Part shown: piece after piece, positions 25,269 to 38,661 of the stretch
Position numbering within the stretch: position 1 is the stretch's first letter
How the letters are laid out: the number at the start of each line of letters is the position of its first letter
Translations under genes and position numbers: made by a program
The notes under the pieces: model-generated
The model's input: only the letters and a program-made list of their open reading frames with translations
Told to the model about the DNA's origin: nothing
Database searches by the model: none
DNA from: Eledone cirrhosa
Lineage: Eukaryota
NCBI GenBank assembly: GCA_964016885.1
Contig: OZ024746.1
Coordinates: forward strand, 100,068,001-100,132,000
Length of the DNA: 64,000 bases
Direction of reading: 5' to 3'

Positions 25269-26642
25269 GCAGAAAACTGCTGGGTTACATCTGAAGTAGT
25301 AGAGCACTCAGTCCATGGGACGAGTTTGGTAGTAGTTCCACAACAGTTATTACGCCATTTCTGAGAACAATTTTTCTCACCTCAAATGGATCCTCAACTC
25401 GGTTTAACTGAGTTAAACGGAAAAAGAAGCTGATGATCCGTTTTAGGCAAAACAAATTGTTCTCGGAAATGGTGTGATAACTTTTGTGGAACTACTTATA
25501 ACAGACCCTTCCATAAGCTTAACGAAAAACTCAATTACATTCACAAGACTCATGCCACCCTCCCAATGTTTTTAGAAACTTCGTAAATAATATCAGTACT
25601 AGAATCTCAAACCTCTCCTCTAATAAGGCTATCTTTGACAGAGCGGCACCCTACTATAACACGGCGTTAGCTAACAGCGGCTCTCGCAACCTATCACTTA
25701 CTCTCCCACTAACAACAACAGCAATAAGAAAAGAAAGCGTAACAATAGACAAACTATCTGGTTCTCTGCTCCCTTCTCACTCAACGTTAAAACCAATGTA
25801 GGCAAAACATTTCTAGCCCTCTTAGATAGACACTTTCCCATAGGTCATAAATACCGCTCCATCTTTAACCGACACAAAGTAAAACTAGGATACTCCTGCG
25901 CTAAGAACATGAAGGCCCACATCACCAACAGCCCTAAGAGCAACACCCCATCAGGGTGCTCTTGCCGTAAGCCCGAAGCTTGTCCCCTTCAACAGCAATG
26001 CAACACACCCGCTGTAGTTTATGAAGCTGTGGTCACTTCCAACCGACCAAGTCAACTTCAGGAGGTCAAATCCTATGTGGGTATGGCGGAGGGCCGATTT
26101 AAGGAACGCGTCCTGAACCACCAGCCGACATTTAGGTACCCGGACAGACGTTCATCCCCGAAACTCGCGAGCCACATATGGTCCCTCAAGGACTCAAGTA
26201 TAGACTACTCCATTCAATGGAAAGCCATCACTAAGTCCAAGCCATACACAAGGGGAAATCCGTCGTGTGGACTATGTATTGATGAGCGAATAAATATTCT
26301 AAAGAGATTACGCAATAGTGATTGCCTAAACTCAAGAAATGAATTCTTCACACGTTGTCCACACGTCTCGAAACACCTCATACATAACTACAAAGCTCCG
26401 GATTGAATTACAACAACATCGTAATTTTCTTATCAACTAGAAACTTTCGGACTTTCGTAGTTATCTCCCTTACATCTCTCGCACGCAATTTAGTATTGCC
26501 TGAGTGAAGTGACGGTTTCTGCTCATGCGCGTTCATACGGGTGTCCTTCCTGTTCCGTATAACCATGTCCATTACGAGCTGAGGATCCGCTAAGGTGAAA
26601 CAATTGTTCTCGATATGGTGAACTAACTGTTGTGTAACCACT
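25265..26642 (+). mobile_element. Penelope-like element, second family, 5'-truncated, with inverted pLTR remnants
   Basis: IWFSAPFS..VKTNVGKTFL...HFP...IFNR...GYSC, then ORF 25909-26406 with CSCRKPEACPL...VVYEAVV...KSYVGMAEGRFKER..NH (GIY-YIG-type). 3' UTR hammerhead; degenerate inverted UTR copies at 25265-25500. Confidence 0.8.
26575..26612 (+). ncRNA. Type I hammerhead ribozyme (minimal) in the PLE 3' pLTR
   Basis: CGAG-CTGAGGA-T CC GCTAA GG T-GAAA-CAATTG-TT-CTCG; palindromic stem III. Confidence 0.75.
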
Positions 26643-26650
26643 TGTATATA

Positions 26651-26708
<58 letters not shown>

Positions 26709-26883
26709 AGGCGTGGCACCCCCAGAGTGACCCTGTCTATAGAATTCTTTCTGCCTTTGTTATTGTAAATATAGTTTTTAAAGAATTCCCTTTTCTTTAG
26801 ACCCATCAACCAATGACCTCCACCCATCCCAATCGCCACCATCTCCTACCACCAGAAAAGATATAAATATTACTTGGATAGCT

Positions 26884-26934
26884 GCTTCCTGATGTGATTT
26901 CTACCGAATGAAACAGTTCTAGTCCTGTAGAAGC
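26884..26934 (+). ncRNA. Degenerate hammerhead (paralogue of 49603-49653)
   Basis: GCTTC-CTGATGTGA-TTTCTACCGAAT-GAAA-CAG...CTG-TA-GAAGC; a 2-nt insertion disrupts the CUGAUGA box. Confidence 0.55.
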
Positions 26935-27249
26935 CTTTCTATATTAAATATATATTCATATATATATATATCACCAAAGAATCAATACGTTTTTAAACTA
27001 ACGCATGTTCCCGCCGATGGAACTTAAAAGAAAAAAATAAGAATTTTAAAATTTCTAATTATGTAACTATACAACCTCGAGACGAAATTCTATCGGATGA
27101 AACATGTGTTATTTTAAAAACATTGATTCTTTGGTGCTTTTAATAAATATCATATATCAGCTCTATGTTAACCCCATTACATCGAGCTTAGAACCCTCTG
27201 GTAAAGTTTCAACCTAATAATAACAATACTGTTATTATTAATAATAACA

Positions 27250-27520
27250 ATATTATTCTTTGGGTCTCAGTCATTGATGTTATTTAACTGGAAAGTTTGT
27301 TCAAATGAATATCAAGCTGCTACCTGCAGCCTCAGATATTCAGGACGTATCGGAGGGTTCTTGCTGTTGCCATCAAGCATGCCTTTTGAAGTGTTCCAAA
27401 AAAAGGGGGCTGGATTTATGTTCTTTAACCATCCTTGAAAACTCGGGAGGACTATGATCTCATGACAGTCCTAAATCCTTTTTAACTCCCACTTTAAATC
27501 CTGGTATCGGTTAATTTTCT
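27250..27520 (-). mobile_element. R4/Dong-like 3' fragment (third family)
   Basis: Minus strand encodes LQKACLMATARTLRYVLNI*, the typical R4/Dong C-terminus. Confidence 0.55.
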
Positions 27521-27689
27521 CCTTCCCCTTTAATTATTATTATGAGTCACTAAGAAATATTGTTTTGGGTGTCCCAAGGGATAACACATTTGTTAATCTT
27601 GGTGACTATAACAGAAGGGTTGGAATTGGTTAGAACATCTGATCTTCCTTAAGGAAAATGAATTTGAATGGTATCCAATTAAACCAATC

Positions 27690-28410
27690 TTGTGCAGAAC
27701 AGGAATTGGTCATTATAAACACGTTCTTTCATCTGAAGCCCGTGTATAAAGCAGCGTGGATGTACCCAGTATCTAAGGACTGAAATTTGATTAACTTTGA
27801 AATTCTGGATCCTTGTGATATGCCTTATGTGTGCAAGGTGCGTGCGTTGAGAAGTATCGAATGCTCATCAGATCATCCTTTTATAGTTAGAGTAAAGTCA
27901 GTGTTTGTTGTCAGACATAAACATTGTAGAGTTAGTAGAAGTCCTAAATGTATTGATTTATCCGAGCTCAAAATGAAAGAAATTACCGGGTAACCGAGGA
28001 AGAAATTGGACATTAGAGTACTATATGGTATAAGAAAAGATTTTAAAGATACAGTCTAGGGTTGTAGGGATATAGGAAACGAAGACATCGTGATTGTTTC
28101 GACGACATTGGCATTGAAGTTGAAGCAAGGCTCAAGGAAACGAATAAATTGTCTGCTACTATTCTGCCAATATATTTCTGATGCTCAGGGAAAAAGTAGT
28201 TTAGTGCCGTCAAAGGGAACCTACAGGGTAAATTTAATCTAATGAAGGACAGATGGTGGGGAAGAAGTTGCTCAAACACAAACAATGGAAGATATTAAAG
28301 GTATCAAATACATGAAAGATCTTGTGAAGAAGGTACACGAGACTTAGTATTCATATATTTACCCGGGATTGACGCGAACATATCGCGGTATATTCCAGAT
28401 ATAAAGGATA
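27690..28410 (+). mobile_element. Old RTE-like LINE remnant (APE endonuclease end)
   Basis: ELVIINTFFHLKPVYKAAWMYPVSK...SSDH resembles the RTE AP-endonuclease C-terminus; many stops. Confidence 0.5.
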
Positions 28411-29034
28411 TTAGGAAACACTGTGCATAAGTTTGTGTATTCGCGTGTAAATGTGTGTGTGTGTGCGCGTGTGTTTGTTTGCCTGTATGCATGTGTTTGT
28501 GTGTATGTGTATGTCAGTGTGTGTGCGTGTAAGTGTGATGTGGTTGTTAACTGTCTGTGTTGTTTAGCATATGTGTAAATGTGACGCATAAGTTTGTGTA
28601 TTCACGTGTAAATGTGTATGTGTGTGTTTGTTTGCCTGTGTGCATGTGTTTGTGTGAGAGAGTGTGATGTAGTTGTTCAGCATAGGTTTAAATGTGACTA
28701 CCCATAAATGAAGTGTCCCAATCGAGTAATATAGTTTACTATTATATTAAAAGTTCTTGTCTCCAGTCATTTATTGATGTCTCTGGTGCTGACTGCTGTA
28801 ATTAACAGATTATGTATAAACGTGTACATAGACAGAAAGTCGGTGACAATAGTATTTGGTGTTGAAGCAGAGATCTTACTGAGTATAGTATATGCAAATG
28901 TGTATGAAAAATGTATTTATATAGTTTTGAATGAGCAGGCAGATCGTTTACCATACGTCTACGGAATGGGACATTTCGACGTTTATAACTTCATTAGAAA
29001 TGTTGAAGAGGTCGTGAAGGTGTATGCCTTAGTT

Positions 29035-29356
29035 CAGAGGTTCTCAAACTTTTGGGGCCACAGCCCCCTCACAGCCACCTAATACCCTTAGCGCTCCCAC
29101 CCTATTTCTGCCTACACACAAATTGTAAATAATATATAATAAATAAAATCGTTAATTTATATATAATAAATAATATAATATATACTATGTATAGATAAAT
29201 ATTATATATTTTTTATTTTACTATATTTATATATAATATGTATCATTTGATATTTAATATACTATTATAGCATCTCTACCTCCCCCTTAGGCTCCAGTAC
29301 CCCCTGGACCTTCTCATCGCCCCCTCGGGGTGGTAGTGCCCATTTAAGAACCTCTG
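29035..29356 (-). mobile_element. hAT (Charlie-like) MITE
   Basis: Termini CAGAGGTTCTCAAA / TTTAAGAACCTCTG; flanks CCTTAGTT/CCTTAGAG; reverse complement of 11864-12384 without the SINE. Confidence 0.75.
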
Positions 29357-29359
29357 CCT

Positions 29360-29655
29360 TAGAGGTTCGGGTACTGACACATGTTCATAAAGTGCTGAGT
29401 TCGATTCCCGGTGGTACCTTGTGTTCTTGAATAAGACACTAAATTTGAAGTTCCATCAGTCCAATCAGCTGGTAAAAATAAGTTTTACCTGTGATTCAAA
29501 GAGCCAACGTTGTTATAACCTCTGACGCGCTGATTCTCCCTAAGGTTACACGTGTCTATGGAATGATCAACTATTTGCACGTTAATTTCTCGAGCAGGCT
29601 CTACCGTTGGTCAAACAACTGGAACATGCGTCGTCAGAACCGACGGAGATCAACA
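29360..29655 (+). mobile_element. Second tRNA-derived SINE family
   Basis: B-box GAGTTCGATTCC followed by TGTGTTCTTGAATAAGACACT...CAGCTG...AAAAAT; relatives at ~150-450 and 21083-21200. Confidence 0.55.
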
Positions 29656-30009
29656 CAACATAAATGAATTGGGTAACGTTTATTAGAATTATAAATAAAA
29701 ACCATCACCTCAGCTTGGAAGGAACTGATATAATGCTGAAACAACTTCAGAAAGACCTGTCTATATGGTCGCCCAAACTGCTAAAGTAGCAGCCAAATCT
29801 CACCGAAGGCACAACCGAGCACTATACTCCATATGTCTTAAATAAAGAAAAGAAACATTAGATAATACTTCCTACAAACCTCTAAATGGACACAGTGGCT
29901 GAAATGTCTGCTCTATTAGGGTTAACATGGGGTTAAATAAACAATTTCAACAAAACGAGAACATTTTTAATCGGAATTCATAAGATACTGCGCCTATTAG
30001 TGGGGTTAT

Positions 30010-30663
30010 TTAACTGCACTTGATAGGTTTGATGCCGATTGCTGCATGGCTGGAATGAAAATCAGTTCTGCAAAAACTGGGGCACTCGTCCTCTCAAGGA
30101 AGCCTGCACAGTGCACTCTACATGTGAATGGAGTTCCACTGAAGCAGGTGGAGAAGTTCAAGTATATCGGGGCCGTGTTCACGAGTGATGGAAGTCAGGA
30201 GACTAAATTAAGTGCAATAATTGCAGGAGCTGATGAAGTAATGTGCCAGCTTCAGCATTCGGTAATCAGACGAGGGGGGGGGGGGGTAGGAGTAAAAGCC
30301 AAACTCGCTATCTTCAATTCGGTATTCGTTCCAACCCTTACTTATCATAATGGATCTTTGGTAATGACCGAAAGAGTACGATCGCTAATACAAGCGGCCG
30401 AAATAGGGTTCCTCCGAAGGGTCTTTGGAGTAACGATACTCGATAAAGTGCATAGCTCAGAGACCAGAGAGTCACTCCAGGTAGAGCAGCTACTTTTCCG
30501 AATTGAGAGATCACAGCTCCGATACTATGGGCATGTGGTTAGAATGTCTCAGGAAAGAATCGCTGGACAGATTTACGAGCAAGATGTTCGGATAACATCC
30601 ATGTGCCCGACTGAAGAGAGTTGCTTCAGGAATAAGAGCGAGAAGAAGAAGAAGAAGAAGAAG
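30010..30663 (+). mobile_element. RTE-clade LINE 3' fragment
   Basis: ORF 30046-30750: GMKISSAKT...QVEKFKYIG...PTLTY...IQAAEIGFLRR...QLRYYGHVVRM, then (AAG)n. Confidence 0.8.
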
Positions 30664-30789
30664 GTCTTTTTTTTTTTTAGCTTTTCTCTCAATGATGTTA
30701 TTGTTAGAGAAAGAAAGATGGGTCTCGTGATCATTTTCAACGCCTCCTAAATTGTTGAGAGACAAGGACACAAGCCTTGCAATAGAATG

Positions 30790-31838
30790 AAATCTGTGAA
30801 AGTCATTTGGCAACAGGCCACTTTACCTGTCAGGTATGGCGGCTTTGGTCTCCGGTCTCTGATCTCGCTGGCTTTGCCGGCGTATCTTTCGTCGGTAACC
30901 TCGTGCCGCGTCCTCGTCAGCAGGGTTCTTCAAAACACAATAGAACCCTCTGTGTTCAGAGAACGTGAAGCCGCCTGTGAGACGTGGGACCGGCTGGGAC
31001 TTAGCTCAGTAGACGTCCCTCCTCCTTCTCCTCCTGTTGACGTCAAATCCCCCCAAAGCACTTGGGATGCCATCCAGTGCAGCCTGGCCTCAGACAGGCT
31101 CACGCGCCAGCCTGACCAGCACCGTACTGCCTGCTTTCGTGCAGCCTCCAAACCCCACAGTGGTTCCTGGCTCCATGCCCTGCCCTCCTTCTTCACTGGC
31201 ACGCATCTAAACAACAATAGCCTGCGCATTGGCGTTTCCTTGAGGCTCGGCTTCCGGATCTGCGAGCTACACCAATGTCGCTGCGGATCCACCGTGGACT
31301 CTTTCGGCCTCCACCCTCTTTCCTGTCGCCACAGTGCCGGCCGCCTTCCACGCCATGCTGCCCTCAACGAGGTCATAAAGCATGGCTTGGACGCTGCGGG
31401 CTTCCCTTCCCAGCTCGAGCCGGTGGGGCTGCACCGAGGGAACGGCAAAAGGCCAGATGGCATGACCATCTTCCCGTTCCGCTGTGGCAAACCCCTCGTC
31501 TGATATGCTACTTGCACCGACACTTTCTGCAGCTGCAGCCTGGTGCAGTCTGCGACTAACCCAGGTTCTGCTGCACGTCGGGCTGAGGAGGCCAAACTCC
31601 TCAAATACCGGTCACTCTTCGACACGTTTGCGGTTGTACCCCTGGCAGTGGAGACTTCTGGTGTCCTCGACCCTAGGGCTACCTCTCTACTCACCACCAT
31701 AGGCGCAGAGCTGGCCAGCCGCAGGTGTGAACCCCGCGATTTGGGGTGGCTTTTCCAGCGCGTCCCCCTTGCCGTCCCCCGGGGGAACGCCTTGTACATC
31801 CTGTCCGCCGGGGCCTGTGGGGGGGGGGGGGGGGGGCA
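30790..31838 (+). mobile_element. CRE-clade non-LTR retrotransposon 3' fragment (copy 2)
   Basis: WQQATLPVRYGGFGLRS...KRPDG; same premature TGA (31501-31503) as copy 1 but extends further 5'. Confidence 0.8.
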
Positions 31839-32796
31839 TCGCGTAACATTCCATATTTAAGTATGTGCACTATCATCGACACAGGTTGTGGTGTTGAAAT
31901 AATCGACAGGTTGAAACAGCCAATGAATATTCTCTGAACATATATCTTTGTATATTAAATTTAGGACATATCCTGTTGAATATGACAGCTCTCTATAGCA
32001 TGTATGTAAAGAAAGAAAAGTAAGTTTCATTTGCCGAAATACACTTGAATATCATAGCTTTTCATTTGATGTCTGACTCAGTAATGTTACTAGTACAATA
32101 TATATATATATATATATAGTTATGTAATAAACAACATAAGGCAATTATTTCATTTACCAGTGGTTTCTTGAAAGCAAACAAATTTGCTTTCAATCATCAG
32201 AATGAAAAAATCGACGGCTATTTCTGGACTAAATTAGAATTTTTTTTCTAAAGTTTTAATTTAGTCCAGAAAAAATAGCCGTCGAAACGGCTTGAGCTCT
32301 GCCGTGATTCGGGCTGTTTGTTTGTTTACAAACAAACCGAGCATTATAATAAATGTTCGGTAAACCGATACGTGTATATATATATGTGTGCATGTATGTA
32401 TATACATACTACTGTACGTCTGTATACATATATGTATGTACGTATACATACATGCATACTTACATTTAAGTAACTGCCGTACTAAGAGTGAGAAATGAAA
32501 TTTCGTTTCGTTCTATTCCATTTGTCGTTTTCGGTGCGCCCGGCCGACTAAACTCACTCGATATGCAAATTAGGCTGCTCAGCCGTTAATATACATAAGG
32601 AAAGTATATACTTTCAGACGTTCAACCATCTGGCAGGATTCGGGCTGTTTGTTTGTTTACAAACAAACCGAGCATTATAATAAATGTTCGGTAAACCGAT
32701 ACGTGCATATATATATATGTGTGCATGTATGTATATATATACATACTACTGTACGTCTGTATACATATATGTATGTACGTATACATACATACTTAC

Positions 32797-32861
<65 letters not shown>

Positions 32862-33503
32862 TATATATATATATTCCTACGTCATTATATGTATATGTCT
32901 GTGTGTGTTTTTGTGTATGTATGTACGTAATTATGTATGTATATATGTATGTATGTATTTAATAACTTTAAGAGGTTTCGGTGAATAAATCATGCTTCCG
33001 ACACGATGGCCCACCCCACTAAAAGGTTATTATTTGTAGAGATATCCAGGTATAAAGTCTTAAAAGAAATTCTTAAAGGAATTTATTCAGGGTTCTTCTT
33101 ATTTTTATAGATTCTTTTTATATTTTGATGAGCTTTTGCATGATATAAAACAGAGCAAGGTTGAGGTTAAATAGTTGGGGGGGGGGGTAATTTATTATGT
33201 AATGCGTGTAAGTACTTGCAATTATTAGATGCAGAATTTTTGGAATGTTTTACATATTTTTGCTGTTCCATTAATAGATTATACAAGTAATTTCCTAATT
33301 TGTTGTGTTCTTTCTGTTCCTGTGAAGCCTAGCTTCTCGAGATTTGTACTGAGGCAGTTACTAACATATCTCAGTGTCCCAATAATGTTTGTATGTATTC
33401 CGTTTATTACGGGAATAAACTATCGCTGCACTGTATGTAAACGAAGAAATGTAGGTGTGGTGTGTGTTTGTGAGTGTATATATATACATATATACACTCA
33501 CAA

Positions 33504-33547
<44 letters not shown>

Positions 33548-33643
33548 GTGTGTGTATATATATATATATATATGTTATATGTGTGTATATACGTATATAT
33601 ATATATATGTGTGTGTATATATATAGATATAGATATACATGTG

Positions 33644-33720
<77 letters not shown>
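30859..33720 (+). repeat. ~2.9-kb direct segmental duplication, copy 2
   Basis: Matches 22170-25075 at an offset of ~8.69 kb. Confidence 0.92.
32148..32207 (-). ncRNA. Type I hammerhead ribozyme (duplicate of 23463-23522)
   Basis: Identical sequence within the duplicated segment. Confidence 0.85.
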
Positions 33721-33729
<9 letters not shown>

Positions 33730-33748
33730 AGCACACACACACACCCAG

Positions 33749-33782
<34 letters not shown>

Positions 33783-34434
33783 CCGCATGTATATAAATAT
33801 AATTAAATATCATTTTGGGGGACTCAACAAGTGAAATGTCACTGGGAGAAACTAACCAGTAAACAAACACATATTACTGTTATATCTTAACTTACGAGAG
33901 TCAATCTACAATGTCATAACAACAAATATATTACTGTTATATCTTAACTTACGAGAGTCAATCTATAATGACACAACACATATTACAGCAATACAACGGG
34001 AGGAAACATAATAACATCACTGATGATGCCACAGGTGTGCGACGAAAGACCTCTGAGAAACTATACTTATATCAATATTTTTAACTGTTGGTCAACCAAT
34101 GATAAACATTCATTGTCAGCTGAATTAATTATAGAAATATAAAATATACTGAAGCGAAAACCTACCTAAACCAAACCAAACAGTGAGTGTATTTTACTAT
34201 ATATTTCTGGCAATAGTATAACATGACCCTCCCAAAATATACAACAGATATATTAGAGCTATGACTTAACTTGCCTGAGTCAATCTATAATGTCACTTGT
34301 GTCATACGTTTAACAATTGTTACCAAACCTCCTGAAAGTGTTTATATACAAAACCTTCCATCATGTTTTCGTATGAGAACTTTTGTTATGTTCCAAACAT
34401 CAGATTGATAATTAAAAAGTTAGTTATATTATTG

Positions 34435-34625
34435 GTGGGTTGGCAGTATCGCTAGAAGGTCGGACGCCATGCTTTGCAGTATGGAGTTACGGCCATTTAC
34501 GGTCTGAGTTCAAATTCCGCCGAGTTTAACTTTGGCTTTCATCCTTACGGGGTCGATAAAATAAAGTACCAGTAATGTACTGGAATTATTGCTGGCCTTG
34601 TGCCAAAAGTGGAAACAATTATTAA
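34435..34625 (+). mobile_element. tRNA-derived SINE (main family), full length
   Basis: GGTGGGTTGGCAGTATCGCTAG A-box, GAGTTCAAATTCC B-box, core and GGCCTTGTGCCAAAAGTGGAAACAATTATT tail. Confidence 0.8.
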
Positions 34626-35003
34626 ATCCCTCTAAATTTTTCATTATTTTCAAAATGATTTAAACATTATAAGCAATATTTTTCGTTAGAAATATCATAA
34701 ATAAAAAAATGAATGAGATATGTTCATAATACAAAATCTTACCTATATTTGTTTAGTTGTAATGATGGTCGCCTTAAACTATGAGTTCGTCAGTCAATCA
34801 GTCTGTATGTCTCTCCGTTCAGAAGTCTTTATAGGATCCAAAAGTATATCTTCATTAGTAAATAAAAACCAAGTAACTACCTACCTCGTCAATTGTTACT
34901 TTACTCTTGAATTCCTCGTCGTATCAGCTCTGGAAGGTTCCTGTTCTGCTCTGCACTTCCCAAGTTTGGATTGTATATCTAATGAAAGTATTTTATATCA
35001 TAC

Positions 35004-35082
<79 letters not shown>

Positions 35083-35115
35083 TATATGTATATATATATG
35101 TACATTTACACACAC

Positions 35116-35146
<31 letters not shown>

Positions 35147-36229
35147 TAACTTTATTCTAGATGGAGGCGGCTGGGAGGGTGGAAACTCCATCAGAAAAAA
35201 TAATGGCATTATCATGTTGATTATTGGGGAGGAGCGAGGGGGGGGGGGGCATTGGGCGATAAAGACAAGAAAACAGAAAATAACAATAATAAAACTGAAA
35301 ACTAATTTAAGGAAAGTGATAGCAACAGAGAGGGAGGGGAGGTCAGAGAAAGAGAGAGAGGGGGAGAGGGGGAGAGGGGTCTGAGAAAGAGAGAGGGGGA
35401 GAGGGGTGGGGCTGAGAAAGAGAAAGAGAGATAAAGGAGGTGGCCTAAGAAAGAGAGTTAGGGGGAGGAGGGGGAGAGGAGGAGGTCTGAGAAAGAAGGA
35501 GGTGGGGTGAGAGAAAGGAGGTAACCTGGGAAAGAGGGAGAGGGGGAGAGAGAGGAAGGGGGTCTGAGAAAGAGAGGGGGAGAGAGATAACAAACTGCCC
35601 AGAAACGGCAAATGTTGTAGGTGGGAGGAGGGGGAAAATAATATTCTAATGTTTGGCCTACGCAGGATTATTTTGCTAGAACCAGAGTGAATGGTAAATT
35701 AGATCAATATTGCTGTGGAGAGTGTGCAGCGTAGTTTCGCCTGGATTATCAGATGCAGTCGGCTCATGTCAAATAGATATAGTAATAATAATAATAATAA
35801 TAATGAGGATGATGATGATAAGAAGAAGGAGAGGACCAACAACAAAACAACAGCAACAACAACAACAATAATAACGGCAACAACAACAATATCAATGAGA
35901 AACTAAGTTTCACTGCATATAGCTTTAAGTTCTGTGGGTATTAACAGCTTCCGTGTTTTCCTTATTCTCACCAGCTGAATACTAATTATAGAACTATTTT
36001 TGCTGCCATTCCAGAATTTCTCTTTATTTAGTTTGAATGAAAAAAACAAATGATAGAGACAATAAATATGCATCAATCAGCATTAAGTTAACTTTTTTCA
36101 TCAGTCTTCTCTCACAAAACATAAACAAAACAATGAAGTAGCGAAATAAAACACATATGTTATTTTAGGTTTCTTTTTTTTTAAACATATGTATTTTTTC
36201 TTGTAGAAGTTGTATTAAAAATACTATAT

Positions 36230-36866
36230 CGATATACATATAAAGTAGATATAGATATTAAGTAGCTGTAGATATAAAGTAGATGTAGATATAAAATAGA
36301 TATAGATATAAAGTAGATATAGATATAAAGTAGACATAAATGTAAAGTAGATATAGATATAAAGTAGATATTGATATAAAGTAGATATAAATGTAAAGTA
36401 GATATAGATATAAAGTGGATATAGATATAGATATAAAGTAGATATAAAGTAGATATAAATGTAAAGTAGATATAAAGTAGATATAGATATGATATAGATA
36501 TAGATGTAAGTATAAATACAATGTAGATATAGATATAAAGTAGATATAGATATAATAAAGTAGATATAGATATGATATAGATATAGATGTAAGTATAAAT
36601 ACAATGTAGATATAGATATAAAGTAGATATAGATATAAAATAGATATAGATATAAATTGGTATAGATATAATGTATGTATAGATATAAAGTAGGTGTAGA
36701 TATAGATAAAAAGTAGATATAGATATAAAGTAGATATAGATATAAAATAGATATAGATATAATGTAGATATAGATATAATATAGATATAGATATAAAGTA
36801 GATATAGATATAAAGTAGATATAGATATAAAGTAGATATAGATATAAAGTAGATATAGATATAAAT
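36230..36866. repeat. Degenerate 18-bp (ATAGAT-based) tandem repeat
   Basis: Unit AAAGTAGATATAGATATA, directly abutting the 3' end of R4 family A. Confidence 0.9.
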
Positions 36867-38590
36867 ATATTTCTCTTTCTCTTAATTTCGAGTACATTTT
36901 TGACCGGCCACCTTCCTGGTGGCAAGGTTGTAAAAGAAAAGAAATTGTCATCCCTTGAATCACAAGAATGTTTTGTAAATTTTGAAGGTGCCAGATATGC
37001 AGCCAAGTGTAGTCTATGAATTAGGGAGTTGTGCTCTTTGTCCACAAATCCAAGTTCAGTTATACTTTGGTCCAAGTGAGCTGTAGCTCCAATAATGATG
37101 GTTATGAAGCTGAAGGTGTATCTTAGATACTGGATCTGCAAACTCCTCATCAATGGTCCGTAGACATCCTCCCTCTCCTGTATTTTTCCGACAACTTTGA
37201 CATCAAGTGGGCAGCTGATCTCCACAACAGAGCACGTTTTCAATGTGTGGTCCCAAACAGCAATATCAGGCTGGTTGTGCTTTAATTTGGTGGCAGGTTT
37301 TATTTTCAGGTTCCACCAGTATTCTTTACTGCCACCTATCTCAACATATTCCTCCTCATTTGTTTTTAATTTTGTTCTAGCTATCACATCGTGTCTCATA
37401 GGGAGGTAGTAGCGAGACGACATTCTTTCGCAGTTCGCAACAATGTGGCTAACATCTTCGATCTTTGTTTTACAAAGCCTACATTTATTGTCGACTGATG
37501 GCCCTCCACTTTTGCGTAGGGATTTCTTGTTCCTGTATTGCATAGAGATATCCTTCAATGTAGGATGTCATAAATTTGTCGGAACAGGCTTTTTGAATGA
37601 TTTATCCCCTCCATGGTCTCAGGTACCCATGCACAACTTTCTCTGTAAATTGGTCCATTTTTTTTATCTTGTTTGAACATAGAATAGGATCTTCCAATTT
37701 CCCTGGGAGAGAGATTTATATCAGGCCTTATTCCATATCTCTCTTCCAGATCAGTGGCTAGCCTAATGATAATATTACCTTCATGCTCATAAACCTGGGC
37801 AAGATGGTTGCTGACCTTTTTATTCTGCTGAAGATGTTGCTTCAGTGTTACTATCCGAGTCTCCTATGATGTTAATATGGATTTTAGACCCCGGCCACCT
37901 TCATTGCATGAGAAGTATAGCCTATCCACATCACCATTGATGTTAAAGTTTCCAGTAACACTGAGAAGCTTGCGAGTTCTTACATCCACCTCACTTAGTT
38001 CTTGCAATGACCAGTTCAGCAGGCCAAATGTTGGCATTAGGATTGGCACAGCATAAGTATTGTGGGCAATGTATTTGTTGTACGCTGACAGTTCTGATGC
38101 CCATATTTTCTTTACTCTCTATTCAGTTCTGGTTCTCTCCTTATTTATGGGTCCATCATATCTGACATTCTCATCCTGTCCAAGATATCTGTAGTTGTCA
38201 CCTGACTGTAGAGGTTGTATTGTCAGGCCGTTCATTTCTAGATTTCTAGAGGAGGGCACAGCTCTTCCACGTTTTACTGTCAAATATGTACATTTAGACT
38301 CACCAAATGTCATTCTGATGTCTGCAGAAAATTGTGTAATGAGGTCCAATTGTGTTTTAATATAGTTGATATTTGGCCCATACAACTTCAGGTCATCAAC
38401 AAAGAAAAGATGGGAGATATTTCTGGACTCATTTCCAGGGTTTAGTGAGAGGGTTTAGTGAGAGGACGAAGAGCAGCACTGATTACTTTCTGGTAGTGTA
38501 TCGTATCAGTCATAATTTTCTCCTTCTCACCCCTAAGGATCAAATTGGTGTACCAGTTCTTGGCCAGACATTCAACAGCAGCTACTAGTG
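36866..38590 (-). mobile_element. R4/Dong-clade non-LTR retrotransposon, family A, truncated and decayed
   Basis: SHLFFVDDLKLY (RT), YRYLG, GGRGL, CRLC...H...C zinc knuckle, RHD, QPDIAVWD...VEISCP (restriction-like endonuclease); several frameshifts and stops. Confidence 0.87.
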
Positions 38591-38661
38591 GTTGTATGTA
38601 TGTATGTATGTATGTATGTATGTATGTATGTATGTATGTATGTATGTATGTATGTATGTAT

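Noticed and set aside
34015-34060. CTGATGA...GAAA motif (and its relative at ~49860-49900, minus)
   Set aside because: No NUH triplet or closing stem I; at most a decayed hammerhead.
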